DNA of 64,000 nt, from contig OZ246408.1 in NCBI GenBank assembly GCA_965231015.1, positions 280,158-344,157 of the forward strand, read 5' to 3'. The DNA comes from an uncultured Gammaproteobacteria bacterium. Its GTDB lineage: Bacteria > Patescibacteriota > Patescibacteriia > UBA9934 > CAZDDW01. Both the position numbers and the translations under genes were made by a program. Shown here piece by piece: positions 31,501 through 40,281 of the stretch; the first letter of the stretch is position 1; every line of letters starts with the position of its first letter. The notes under the pieces are model-generated. The model had not been told where the DNA came from and searched no databases. It worked only from the letters and a program-made list of their open reading frames with translations.

Positions 31501-32340
31501 ATGCCAAATATTCCAAGTTTGGAGGAAATGCTGGCGGCTGGTGTTCATTTTGGACATCGTACCCGCGGATGGCACCCAAAAATGGAGCCGTTTATTTTTA
31601 CGGCTCGTGGTGGGGTGCACATCATTAACCTGGAAAAAACCCAGGAACAACTTAAGGAGGTTTTAGATTATGTGAAGGACATTGCCGCTCGCGGTGGTGT
31701 TGTTTTGTTTGTTGGAACGAAACGACAAGCTCGAAAGGTAATCAAAGAAACAGCTGAAGCGGTAGAGATGCCATACGTTACTGAACGTTGGCTCGGTGGA
31801 ACATTGACCAACTTTGGTGAAATTCGAAAGCGGGTTAAACACTACCTGAAACTAAAAGACATGCAGGAAAAAGGAGAGCTTAAGAAGTATACTAAAAAGG
31901 AACGTTTGATGATTGCTCGTCAGATTGAGGACATGGAAACAAAGTTTTATGGTGTTCGGAATATGGAGGCTAAGCCTGATGCTGTTTTTGTGCTTGACGT
32001 TCGAAAAGAAAAAACCGCTGTTGAAGAGGCCGGTGTCACCAATATTCCTGTAGTAGCGGTTTGTGATACTAATGTAAATCCAACCAAAATTAAGAAAATT
32101 ATTCCGGGAAATGATGACGCTGTAAAATCAATTGAAATGATGGTTGAGCTGGTCGGTGAGGCCATTAAAGAAGGGAAGGCCGAGGGAAATAAATTGACCA
32201 ATGCTGCGGCAAAAAAGGCGGATAAAAAAGATGAAAATTTGTCTGTGGCCGCAAAGTCAAAAGAAGATGTAGAAGAATTGGATTTGCAGATTCACGATGC
32301 TTTAGCTGCTGAGAAGCAAGAACAGGAGAAAAATAAATAA
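31501..32340 (+). CDS. rpsB: 30S ribosomal protein S2
   Basis: AGVHFGH, FVGTK, RWLGGTLTN, PGNDDA. Confidence 0.98.
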   Translation: MPNIPSLEEMLAAGVHFGHRTRGWHPKMEPFIFTARGGVHIINLEKTQEQLKEVLDYVKDIAARGGVVLFVGTKRQARKVIKETAEAVEMPYVTERWLGGTLTNFGEIRKRVKHYLKLKDMQEKGELKKYTKKERLMIARQIEDMETKFYGVRNMEAKPDAVFVLDVRKEKTAVEEAGVTNIPVVAVCDTNVNPTKIKKIIPGNDDAVKSIEMMVELVGEAIKEGKAEGNKLTNAAAKKADKKDENLSVAAKSKEDVEELDLQIHDALAAEKQEQEKNK

Positions 32341-32352
32341 AGAAAACCTATT

Positions 32353-32967
32353 ATGTCAATTGATGCCAAAACTGTGGCCGAGCTTCGCAAAATGACCGGG
32401 GCCGGCATGATGGATGCTAAAAAAGCTTTATCTCAGGCTGATGGTGATTTAGAAAAAGCGGCTGAAGAACTTAGAAAGCAGGGTATTGCCAAGGCGGCAA
32501 AACGTTCTGACCGTGAAGCCCAGGAAGGGTTGGTGCACGCCTATATTCACGCTGGTGGAAAAGTTGGGGCTTTGGTCAAAGTAAACTGTGAAACTGATTT
32601 TGTGGCGCGCAATGATGAGTTTAAAGAACTTTGTAACGATTTGGCCATGCAAGTGGCCGCGGCTGATCCGGAATATCTCAACCCAGAAGACGTGCCAGAA
32701 GATGTAGTGGCCAAAGAAAAAGAATTGTTTTCTGAAGAGCTCAAAAACGAAGGCAAACCTGAAGATATTATTGGGAAGATTGTGGAAGGAAAGATGGAAA
32801 AGTATTACTCGGAAGTGTGCTTGATGAAGCAAGCCTTCATCAAGGATGATAGTGTGATAATTGAAGATTTGGTGAAAGAGAGGAGTGGAACTATTGGAGA
32901 AAAGATTGAGGTAGCTGGATTTTGTCGCATGAATGTGGCTGGGTCTGACGTTGCCTGCGGTGTTTAG
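32353..32967 (+). CDS. tsf: Elongation factor Ts (short form)
   Basis: LRKMTGAGMMDAKKAL, NCETDFVA. Confidence 0.97.
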   Translation: MSIDAKTVAELRKMTGAGMMDAKKALSQADGDLEKAAEELRKQGIAKAAKRSDREAQEGLVHAYIHAGGKVGALVKVNCETDFVARNDEFKELCNDLAMQVAAADPEYLNPEDVPEDVVAKEKELFSEELKNEGKPEDIIGKIVEGKMEKYYSEVCLMKQAFIKDDSVIIEDLVKERSGTIGEKIEVAGFCRMNVAGSDVACGV

Positions 32968-32980
32968 TTAGAAACAAGAT

Positions 32981-33010
32981 GTAGGGGCGGCCCCATGTGG
33001 CCGCCCTTTT
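32981..33010 (+). repeat. GTAG-type REP-like hairpin, probably the tsf terminator
   Basis: GTAGGGGCGGCCCCATGTGGCCGCCC followed by a T-run. Confidence 0.7.
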
Positions 33011-33108
33011 TGATTCCATGCTTGAGGGAGAGGTGTGCCAATATTATATTTCCTCGCTAAGGAGGGGTGGAATGTGGTAAAATAGGGTCGATATTAAAAA
33101 CAAATTCT

Positions 33109-34125
33109 ATGATTCGAGTGGCAATTAACGGTTTTGGTCGGATTGGGCGCAATACGCTCAAGGCTGGCTGGAATAACAAGAACATAAAGTTCGTGGCAGT
33201 TAATGATTTAACCGAGCCCAAAATTCTGGCTCACCTTTTGAAGTACGATTCAGTTTTTGGTCCGTGGGACAAAGAAGTGAAAGCAACGGACAAGGAGCTG
33301 GTTATTGCTGGCAAGAAACTGCCAGTTTATTCGATCAAAGACCCGGTTGAGATTCCGTGGGATAAACATGATGTTGATGTCGTGATTGAATCAACCGGTT
33401 TTTTTACCAACAAGACAGACGCCAGCAAGCATCTTAAAGCTGGAGCCAAGAAAGTGGTTGTTTCTGCTCCGGCCAAAGAGACCCCGACTTACTTAATGGG
33501 AGTCAATCATAAAAATTTAAAGCCCAAACAACACGTCATCAATAATGCTTCTTGTACTACTAATTCAATTGCTCCAGTGGCTCAGATTATTGATGAAGCC
33601 TTTGGAATTAAAAAAGCCATGATGACCACAATTCATTCGGTCACAGCCGGTCAGAGTACGGTCGATAATGTCCCCAAGCCCCCCAAGAATGATTTACGTC
33701 GCTCTCGCTCCGCTCTTGTTAATATGATTCCAACTACTACGGGTGCGGCCAAGGCGACTTCCAAAGCAATCCCAAAATTAAAAAACAAATTTGATGGAGT
33801 GGCGGTTCGGGTGCCAACCGTGGATGTTTCGCTTTCTGACTTTACTTTTGTGGTGCGCAAGAAAACTACGGTTGAGGATGTTAATAAAGCTTTGAAGAAA
33901 GCCGCGCGACTCGCTCGTTGGAAAGAGATCTTTACTGTTACTGATGAGCCACTGGTCTCTATGGATTTCCGGCAAAATCCTTACTCTTCAGTAGCTGATC
34001 TTGGCATGACTCGTGTAGTTGATGGAGACTTAGTGAAGGTCATGGCTTGGTATGACAACGAGTGGGGGTACTCAGTGCATTTGGTGCAAATGGTAGAAAA
34101 CGTAGCGCGTTTTATCCGAAAGTAG
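33109..34125 (+). CDS. gap: Glyceraldehyde-3-phosphate dehydrogenase
   Basis: INGFGRIGR, NASCTTN, TTTGAAKA, WYDNEWGY. Confidence 0.98.
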   Translation: MIRVAINGFGRIGRNTLKAGWNNKNIKFVAVNDLTEPKILAHLLKYDSVFGPWDKEVKATDKELVIAGKKLPVYSIKDPVEIPWDKHDVDVVIESTGFFTNKTDASKHLKAGAKKVVVSAPAKETPTYLMGVNHKNLKPKQHVINNASCTTNSIAPVAQIIDEAFGIKKAMMTTIHSVTAGQSTVDNVPKPPKNDLRRSRSALVNMIPTTTGAAKATSKAIPKLKNKFDGVAVRVPTVDVSLSDFTFVVRKKTTVEDVNKALKKAARLARWKEIFTVTDEPLVSMDFRQNPYSSVADLGMTRVVDGDLVKVMAWYDNEWGYSVHLVQMVENVARFIRK

Positions 34126-34129
34126 TCAC

Positions 34130-35032
34130 ATGAATTACATTTTTGATTTTGTTATACATTTTTTTCTGATCGGAGTAGGGGCGTTCATGATTGAACTGGC
34201 TCTGTCGCTCAAGCAGTGGAAACACAAACGCTTGGGCGTCTTTTTGCTAATTGTTTGTGTTGTTAGCTGGTCAGTTATTTTTTATGGAAGTTTTATTGAG
34301 TCACGGTTGATTGTTCAAAAGACAGTAGAAATTGAATTTGGAAGTGACGGTCAGGAATTAGAGATGGTTGTGGTGGCTGATATTCATAGTGGGCCCTACA
34401 AAAAAGACAAGTGGGTGCAACAGGTGGTTGAAGAAATTAATCAGGTTGATCCAGACATAGTACTGATGATTGGGGATTATGTTTTTGATCATTCTTCACA
34501 AATTAAGTATCTGTCACCGTTAGCTGAAATCAAAGCACCGCTTGGGGTATTCGGAGTGACAGGGAATCACGACTATACTGACGAAAATATTGAGCACGTG
34601 ATTGAGTCTTTGGAAAGTTATGGAGTTCGAATGTTGCAAAACGAGTCGATTGAAGTCGGGATCAATGGTTCCAAAATTGTGATTGCAGGAATGGATGATC
34701 TTTGGAATCAGGGAAGTGCCCTGCTGGCTCTCAAAGGAACAACCGAAGAGGATAATGTTATCCTTCTTTCTCACAATCCAGACGTAGTTATTTCACTTGA
34801 TCCCGGACGAGTGGATTGGGTGTTTTCAGGTCACACTCATGGTGGCCAAATTCGCCTTCCTCTTTTAGGTTCTGTTTCTGAATTACCAACGGTTTTAAAT
34901 CGTCCGTATGATCGATGGTTTAAACAATATGGTGAACAAAATTTGTTCATCACACAGGGAGCCGGAGAAACCGGACCACGAGCCAGATTGTTTTGTCCGC
35001 CGGAAATTGTGGTTGTTGATATAAAGTTATAA
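34130..35032 (+). CDS. Membrane-anchored metallophosphoesterase
   Basis: Two TM helices, DIH, GD, GNHD, SHNPD, GHTHGGQ. Confidence 0.92.
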   Translation: MNYIFDFVIHFFLIGVGAFMIELALSLKQWKHKRLGVFLLIVCVVSWSVIFYGSFIESRLIVQKTVEIEFGSDGQELEMVVVADIHSGPYKKDKWVQQVVEEINQVDPDIVLMIGDYVFDHSSQIKYLSPLAEIKAPLGVFGVTGNHDYTDENIEHVIESLESYGVRMLQNESIEVGINGSKIVIAGMDDLWNQGSALLALKGTTEEDNVILLSHNPDVVISLDPGRVDWVFSGHTHGGQIRLPLLGSVSELPTVLNRPYDRWFKQYGEQNLFITQGAGETGPRARLFCPPEIVVVDIKL

Positions 35033-35080
35033 ACCATGCTCGAAAATAAGGCTCCTTTCTGTTAAAATAAGGACACTGCT

Positions 35081-36265
35081 ATGCGTTTAAAAACCTTACC
35101 TGGTTCAACCAATCTTGAAGGAAAAAAGGTCCTGGTTCGGATCGATGCTAACGTGCCTATTAAGCGCGGTCGAGCCGTGGATGGACAAAACGGGCGAATT
35201 GCTAAAGCTGCGGTTGGTTTAGAATGGCTGCGTCAGCGTAAAGCCAAAATAATTGTTATTACTCATCTTGGGCGACCGAAAGGTCGTAAAGTTGCGGCCT
35301 ATTCAACTGCCCCGGTTGCCAAGCGCTTAAAAGAGTTGATGGGTGGAAAGATTAAGCACGTTCGCCACTTAACCGGAAAAATGGTGGAAAAACAGACCAA
35401 AGCTATGGACTCGGGTGATATCTTGGTGCTTGAAAATCTACGTTTTGATCCAGGAGAAAAAAACAATGACGATGAATTAGCCAAAGAATTATCCGGTCTA
35501 GCTGACCTATATATCAACGACGCGTTTTCAAATTGTCACCGTAAACACGCTTCCATGGTTGCAATCACAAAGTTTTTACCAAGCTATGCCAGTCCCAGCC
35601 TGCTTCATGAGGTAATGGTTTTATCTAGTATTTTTGAAAAATCGAAACACCCGTTCATTTTGTTAATGGGAGGATTAAAAGCGGAAGGAAAAATTCCGGT
35701 CATGAAAAAAATGTTTGATCGAGCTGACCATATTGTGGTCGGGGGAGCATTAGCAACCTCTTTTTTAGTAGCCCAAGGTATTGAAGTCGGAAAGTCGGTT
35801 TATGATGAGGAAAGTGTAAGCCTGGCTCGACAAATGTACAGAAAAAAACCAGACAAGTTTTTGTTACCGGTTGATGTGCGGGTCGCGAAAAGTTTACGTA
35901 GTCGCACCCGCTCGGCTATTCGACCAGTAGAAAAATTATTAGAAAGGGATTACATCGTCGATGTGGGACCTAAGACTGTTCGTGAGATCAATCGTTTATT
36001 AAAGAAAGCTAAAATGATTGTTTGGAATGGTCCGTTTGGGCTTTGCGAAGTGGAATGTTTTTGTGCCGGAAGTGAAACGATTGCACGCTCGATTGCCCGT
36101 CGAACCGGAGCGGCCATATCGGTTGTTGGCGGCGGGGATACCATTCCGATAGCCGATAAACTTAACTTGGCTCACCGATACACCCTGCTTTCCACTGGTG
36201 GTGGAGCCATGTTAGAATTTTTGGCCGGCAAAAAGTTGCCTGCTCTTGAGGTTTTGAAAAAATAA
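35081..36265 (+). CDS. pgk: Phosphoglycerate kinase
   Basis: RIDANVP, HLGRP, LENLRF, WNGPFG, STGGGA. Confidence 0.97.
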   Translation: MRLKTLPGSTNLEGKKVLVRIDANVPIKRGRAVDGQNGRIAKAAVGLEWLRQRKAKIIVITHLGRPKGRKVAAYSTAPVAKRLKELMGGKIKHVRHLTGKMVEKQTKAMDSGDILVLENLRFDPGEKNNDDELAKELSGLADLYINDAFSNCHRKHASMVAITKFLPSYASPSLLHEVMVLSSIFEKSKHPFILLMGGLKAEGKIPVMKKMFDRADHIVVGGALATSFLVAQGIEVGKSVYDEESVSLARQMYRKKPDKFLLPVDVRVAKSLRSRTRSAIRPVEKLLERDYIVDVGPKTVREINRLLKKAKMIVWNGPFGLCEVECFCAGSETIARSIARRTGAAISVVGGGDTIPIADKLNLAHRYTLLSTGGGAMLEFLAGKKLPALEVLKK

Positions 36266-36274
36266 AATTTTTTT

Positions 36275-37537
36275 ATGTCATGTAAAATTGAAACTATTCA
36301 CGCTCATGAAATTTTAGATTCTCGTGGAAATCCGACCTTGTCAGTTGCTGTACTTTTAGAAAATGGTACAACCGGACACGCCATGGTACCATCCGGAGCC
36401 TCCACCGGGGTTCACGAGGCTTTGGAATTACGTGACAAAGACAAGAATCGTTATCACGGTAAGGGTGTTTTGAAGGCTGCCAAGAACGTGAATACAAAAA
36501 TTAATAAACATATTCGCGGCATGCGCGTGACTGAACAAATGAAGATTGATGAGGCCATGATTATGCTGGACGGTACTTTAAATAAAAGCAGGCTTGGGGC
36601 AAATGCTATTCTTGGAGTTTCTTTAGCATGCGCTCATGCAGGAGCTCGGCATAAACGAAAGCCGCTTTATGAATATTTGCGTTGGGTTTATGACATAAAA
36701 CACAAAACTTACAAGATGCCGCTTCCGACCATGAATGTGATGAACGGGGGAGCCCATGCCGGATGGATACTTGACTTTCAAGAGTTCATGATTGTGCCAC
36801 AACAGAAGAAATTCAGTGAACGGGTTCGGTGTGGTTCAGAAATTTTTCACACCCTTGGCAAGCTGCTTAAACAAAAAGGCTTTTCAACGCTCAAGGGTGA
36901 CGAAGGGGGGTATGCCGTGCCGCTTCCAAAGAACGAAGATGCACTCAAAGTGATGTCGCAAGCTGTGAAAAAGGCCGGTTACAAACTCGGCACAGATGTA
37001 GCTTTTGCCATGGATCCGGCGACCAGTGAGTTTTATGATAAAAAGACCAAGAAATATAATCTAAAGGTAGAAGATAAAACGCTAACCTCGAGTCAGATGG
37101 TTAAGCTTTTTGAAACTTGGGTGAAAAAGTATCCGATCATTTCTATTGAGGACGGTTTAGATCAAGATGATTGGACCGGGTGGCAGGAGCTTACTAAGAA
37201 GCTTGGTAAAAAGATTGCTCTGGTTGGCGATGACTTATTTGTGACTAATGTTGATCGCTTACAAAATGGAATCGATGAAAAAGTGGGAAACGCAATTTTG
37301 ATCAAAGTCAATCAAATTGGGACTCTTACCGAAGCCGTGCAAGCAATACGTTTGGCACAAATGAATGGTTATCAGATTTCTGTTTCTCACCGTTCAGGTG
37401 AAACATCAGACACTACAATTGCAGATCTTGCTGTGGCGGTTAATGCCGAGTACATAAAATCCGGGTCCTTATCTAGATCCGAACGCTTGGCAAAATATAA
37501 TCGTTTAATGGAAATTGAAGAGGAGGTAAAAGGGTAG
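36275..37537 (+). CDS. eno: Enolase
   Basis: [36 protein letters not shown]. Confidence 0.98.
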   Translation: MSCKIETIHAHEILDSRGNPTLSVAVLLENGTTGHAMVPSGASTGVHEALELRDKDKNRYHGKGVLKAAKNVNTKINKHIRGMRVTEQMKIDEAMIMLDGTLNKSRLGANAILGVSLACAHAGARHKRKPLYEYLRWVYDIKHKTYKMPLPTMNVMNGGAHAGWILDFQEFMIVPQQKKFSERVRCGSEIFHTLGKLLKQKGFSTLKGDEGGYAVPLPKNEDALKVMSQAVKKAGYKLGTDVAFAMDPATSEFYDKKTKKYNLKVEDKTLTSSQMVKLFETWVKKYPIISIEDGLDQDDWTGWQELTKKLGKKIALVGDDLFVTNVDRLQNGIDEKVGNAILIKVNQIGTLTEAVQAIRLAQMNGYQISVSHRSGETSDTTIADLAVAVNAEYIKSGSLSRSERLAKYNRLMEIEEEVKG

Positions 37538-37561
37538 GGCAAAAATAAGCTTAAAACTGGG

Positions 37562-37598
37562 TCCGGCCATTGACAAATGGCCGGATTTGTTTTAAATT
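37562..37598 (+). promoter_or_regulatory. Promoter of the DGR target gene overlapping a hairpin
   Basis: TTGACA 37570-75, N17, TAAATT 37593-98; hairpin TCCGGCCATT-GACA-AATGGCCGGA. Confidence 0.65.
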
Positions 37599-37750
37599 AA
37601 GCCTCCAGTGAGGTTGAATAGGTCAACCTTGTACCGTGCGCGGCGGTAACCGCGCCAGGCCCGTTTGGCGGGCCGAGTTTCTGTCCCAGGGTTACCAAAG
37701 CGCTGGCCGTCAGGCTGTCGCAAGGATCCCCAAGGATGGAGGGTTTTGGA

Positions 37751-38464
37751 ATGTCAGATTTGTTCAACGTGGGCCACGCGGCCCAACTGCATGAGATACA
37801 GAAGGCGCGCTTGGCGCGCAACGAGCCCGGGATCGGGCCGGAGGTGGAGGAGCTCATCCGGCGCTTGACCTCGGGCGGCGTGGCCGGCAAGGTCGTGGAT
37901 GACATCCGGCTGATCCAGGCCAAGCGGTTCTTCGACCGCGGCTTCGGCCGCGAGCTTGGCCTCAAGGACTTCGCGGCCTACCTCGCGACCATCCCGACCG
38001 TGCCCGAGACGCTCCTCGCGGACGACCCGAACTTCCCGCTCCTCGTCCTCGGCGAGCCCCGCCTCGGCCTTACTCGCGCTTGCGAGCTCATCGGCCTGCG
38101 CTACACGGGCAGCGACCAGACGCTAGTCCCGTTCGACAAGCGTCACGCCGAACCGACCAAGCCGTGGTGGTTCAGCATGCACGACGGCCGGCGCAACCGT
38201 AACCGCAAGCCGAGCGACTGCCGCACGAGCCTCGGTGCAAACGAGATCAGCGCCACGGCTTTGCGTGGAGTCTGCACCTTCCTGCACCACCCGGGCGTGA
38301 TCGTGCAGGGGGAACACTGTGTGGATCTGCCCGGCTCGGTCGACGCCGAGTACCGCGGCTACAACGCCGACCTCGGCATTTGGCGCGACGAGCCGAGGCT
38401 CTACAGAAGCATGAGCGGTTTCGCCGACCTGGACTACGGTTCGGCCTCCTGCCGGGAGTGCTGA
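37751..38464 (+). CDS. DGR target protein with C-terminal variable region (probable C-type lectin fold)
   Basis: GGAGG 8 nt before ATG 37751; the last ~41 codons are the VR; ends DLPGS...GSASCREC. Confidence 0.9.
   Translation: MSDLFNVGHAAQLHEIQKARLARNEPGIGPEVEELIRRLTSGGVAGKVVDDIRLIQAKRFFDRGFGRELGLKDFAAYLATIPTVPETLLADDPNFPLLVLGEPRLGLTRACELIGLRYTGSDQTLVPFDKRHAEPTKPWWFSMHDGRRNRNRKPSDCRTSLGANEISATALRGVCTFLHHPGVIVQGEHCVDLPGSVDAEYRGYNADLGIWRDEPRLYRSMSGFADLDYGSASCREC
38337..38459 (+). repeat. DGR variable repeat (VR)
   Basis: Ungapped 123-bp match to 38780-38902 with 24 mismatches, 16 opposite TR adenines (manual count). Confidence 0.95.
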
Positions 38465-38492
38465 ATCTCGATCCTGGTTCTCTTGTATCTTT

Positions 38493-38530
38493 CCGCCCCC
38501 AAGGCTAACCTCGGGGGCGGTATCTTTTTT
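38493..38530 (+). terminator. GC-rich hairpin downstream of the VR (DGR target hairpin and/or terminator)
   Basis: CCGCCCCCAAGG-CTAA-CCTCGGGGGCGG followed by TATCTTTTTT. Confidence 0.8.
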
Positions 38531-38779
38531 CTTAAAACTTTGTTCAAATTTATTTGAAAGTAGGGTAATGAATTGCAGATTAAGGTTCGCAGTCCCCGAA
38601 ATCCTCGAAAGAGTTATCGCCAGAGTCATGTATTTTACGGAATACATGGGCGCGCGATTCGGACGAGTCACTCCTTGCTGAATTCTAGCGGGGATATGCC
38701 CCGGAATGAAATACAACAGCAACCTTCCCGGTGAAAGAAGCTGTGGTGAATGCGGGTGAGATTCAGCAATAAGTGAGGG

Positions 38780-38902
38780 CGGTCAACGCCAAGTACCGCG
38801 ACGACTGCGCCTACCTCAACATTTGGAACGACGAGCCGAAGCTCAACAGCAACAGGAACGACAACGCCAACCCGAACTACGGTTCGGCCTCCTGCCGGGA
38901 GT
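38780..38902 (+). repeat. DGR template repeat (TR)
   Basis: AAC-rich copy of the VR (e.g. AAC AGC AAC AGG AAC GAC AAC GCC AAC CCG AAC); identical 3' segment TACGGTTCGGCCTCCTGCCGGGAGT. Confidence 0.95.
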
Positions 38903-38914
38903 AACTTGATCCGG

Positions 38915-38942
38915 AAAACGCTCCAAACAAGGGCGTTTTTTT
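38915..38942. terminator. Hairpin between the TR and the convergent avd stop
   Basis: AAAACGCTC-CAAACAA-GGGCGTTTT-TTT. Confidence 0.65.
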
Positions 38943-38944
38943 AA

Positions 38945-39289
38945 CTATAATGACCGTTGCCAGCCGCCAAGCATTTGGCCGATTTTCTGCAGCCGTTCTT
39001 CAAAGTCAAGATATTGTTTTTCGGTTATGATCTTGATTTCGAAAGCCAGACGAAATAGCACTTTAAGGAGGTTATTTTTCAGAATAGCCTGTTTGATCGG
39101 CGCGATTTTGAACTCGCGCTTGGCGTTTCCGGCTTCGATGATTGAGACGAGCATATTTAGCACGGTTTCCTCGATCTTGCTGCCCAAGGTGTATTTTTCA
39201 GCCTTAGGGAATTTGGCGCGGATGAGATGAAAATCCTTGAGCAGGTCGAACGCCAGCTGAAAGACTGGCGCTTCATTGATTGAATACAT
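38945..39289 (-). CDS. avd: Avd-like four-helix-bundle accessory protein
   Basis: 114 aa; FPKAEKYTLG, RLAFE, IGQMLGGW typical of bAvd/four-helix-bundle proteins; lies between TR and RT. Confidence 0.88.
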   Translation of the reverse strand: MYSINEAPVFQLAFDLLKDFHLIRAKFPKAEKYTLGSKIEETVLNMLVSIIEAGNAKREFKIAPIKQAILKNNLLKVLFRLAFEIKIITEKQYLDFEERLQKIGQMLGGWQRSL

Positions 39290-40279
39290 ATGTTTGAACA
39301 GATTATTTCTTCAGAGAATATGTTTTCCGCTTGGCGCGAATTCCGCCGCGGCAAGAGGGGGCGAAGAGACGTTGCCGAGTTTGAGTGTAGCCTTGAAGAT
39401 AACATCTTTGCTTTGCGTGAAGATTTGGCGAGTGGTCGGTACAAGCACGGGCCGTATCAGCGGTTCCATATTTTTGATCCCAAGCACCGCATTATTCATA
39501 AAGCCAGTGTGCGCGATCGGCTGGTGCACCATGCAGTTTATCGAGTCCTGTATCCTATCTTTGAACAATCTTTCATTTACGACAGTTATTCCTGTAGGAT
39601 CGGTAAAGGTACACATGCAGCTGTGAGCAGACTTCAGACCTTTGTTCGTAAAGTAAGCAAGAACTACACTAGTCCGTGTTGGGCCTTGAAGTTCGATATC
39701 AAAAAGTTCTTTGATTCCGTTGATCATAATATTTTGCTCAATGTGCTTAAACAAAAAATCTCCTGCCCTAAGACAAACCGTCTGTTGGCGGAGATCGTGA
39801 ACAGTTACTTAAGTTCAAATTCCGTTGGGGGGGGGGCGATACTTAGAACCATTCGCGCGAAAGGTCTACCGATAGGAAACCTAACTTCTCAATTATTTGC
39901 CAATGTTTATTTAAATGCATTTGACCATTTTATCAAAGAAACAGTCAGAACCAAGTATTGTCTAAGATACACTGATGACGCTCTTATCATCCACCAAGAT
40001 CCCCAATACCTCAAACTCCTCATCCCCTTCATCCAACACTGGCTTTGGCAAGAGAGAAGATTATGCTTGCACCCAAATAAAACCTCTGTCCGAAAATTAT
40101 CTCAAGGTATTGATTTCTTAGGTTATGTCACTATGCCACACTATAGAGTATTAAGGACTAAAACAAAAAGACGGATGTTAAACATTATTTGTGAGGATAA
40201 TTTGGTGTCGTATGCTGGCCTTCTCAAGCATTGCTCGGGGCATGAATTGATCAAGACAATTTATGGTATAATATCGTAG
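39290..40279 (+). CDS. DGR reverse transcriptase
   Basis: RDRLVHHA, SYSCRIGKGTH, FDIKKFFDS, GLPIGNLTSQLFAN (DGR SQ motif), RYTDD, GIDFLGY; 329 aa, no maturase or endonuclease domain. Confidence 0.95.
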   Translation: MFEQIISSENMFSAWREFRRGKRGRRDVAEFECSLEDNIFALREDLASGRYKHGPYQRFHIFDPKHRIIHKASVRDRLVHHAVYRVLYPIFEQSFIYDSYSCRIGKGTHAAVSRLQTFVRKVSKNYTSPCWALKFDIKKFFDSVDHNILLNVLKQKISCPKTNRLLAEIVNSYLSSNSVGGGAILRTIRAKGLPIGNLTSQLFANVYLNAFDHFIKETVRTKYCLRYTDDALIIHQDPQYLKLLIPFIQHWLWQERRLCLHPNKTSVRKLSQGIDFLGYVTMPHYRVLRTKTKRRMLNIICEDNLVSYAGLLKHCSGHELIKTIYGIIS

Positions 40280-40281
40280 TT

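Larger units (their letters stand above)
37751..40279. mobile_element. Diversity-generating retroelement (target/VR - hairpin - TR - avd - RT)
   Basis: 123-bp VR/TR pair with adenine-biased mismatches, DGR-type RT and Avd-like gene together within 2.5 kb. Confidence 0.95.

Noticed and set aside
37816-37838. Shared RNEPG peptide/DNA between the DGR target and the 61409 ORF as evidence of a second DGR target
   Set aside because: The match is short and the 61409 ORF has no TR-like 3' region
39290-40279. RT as a group II intron or retron
   Set aside because: It has the DGR-type LTSQ motif, no maturase/endonuclease domain or VTG motif, and an adjacent TR/VR pair and Avd-like gene
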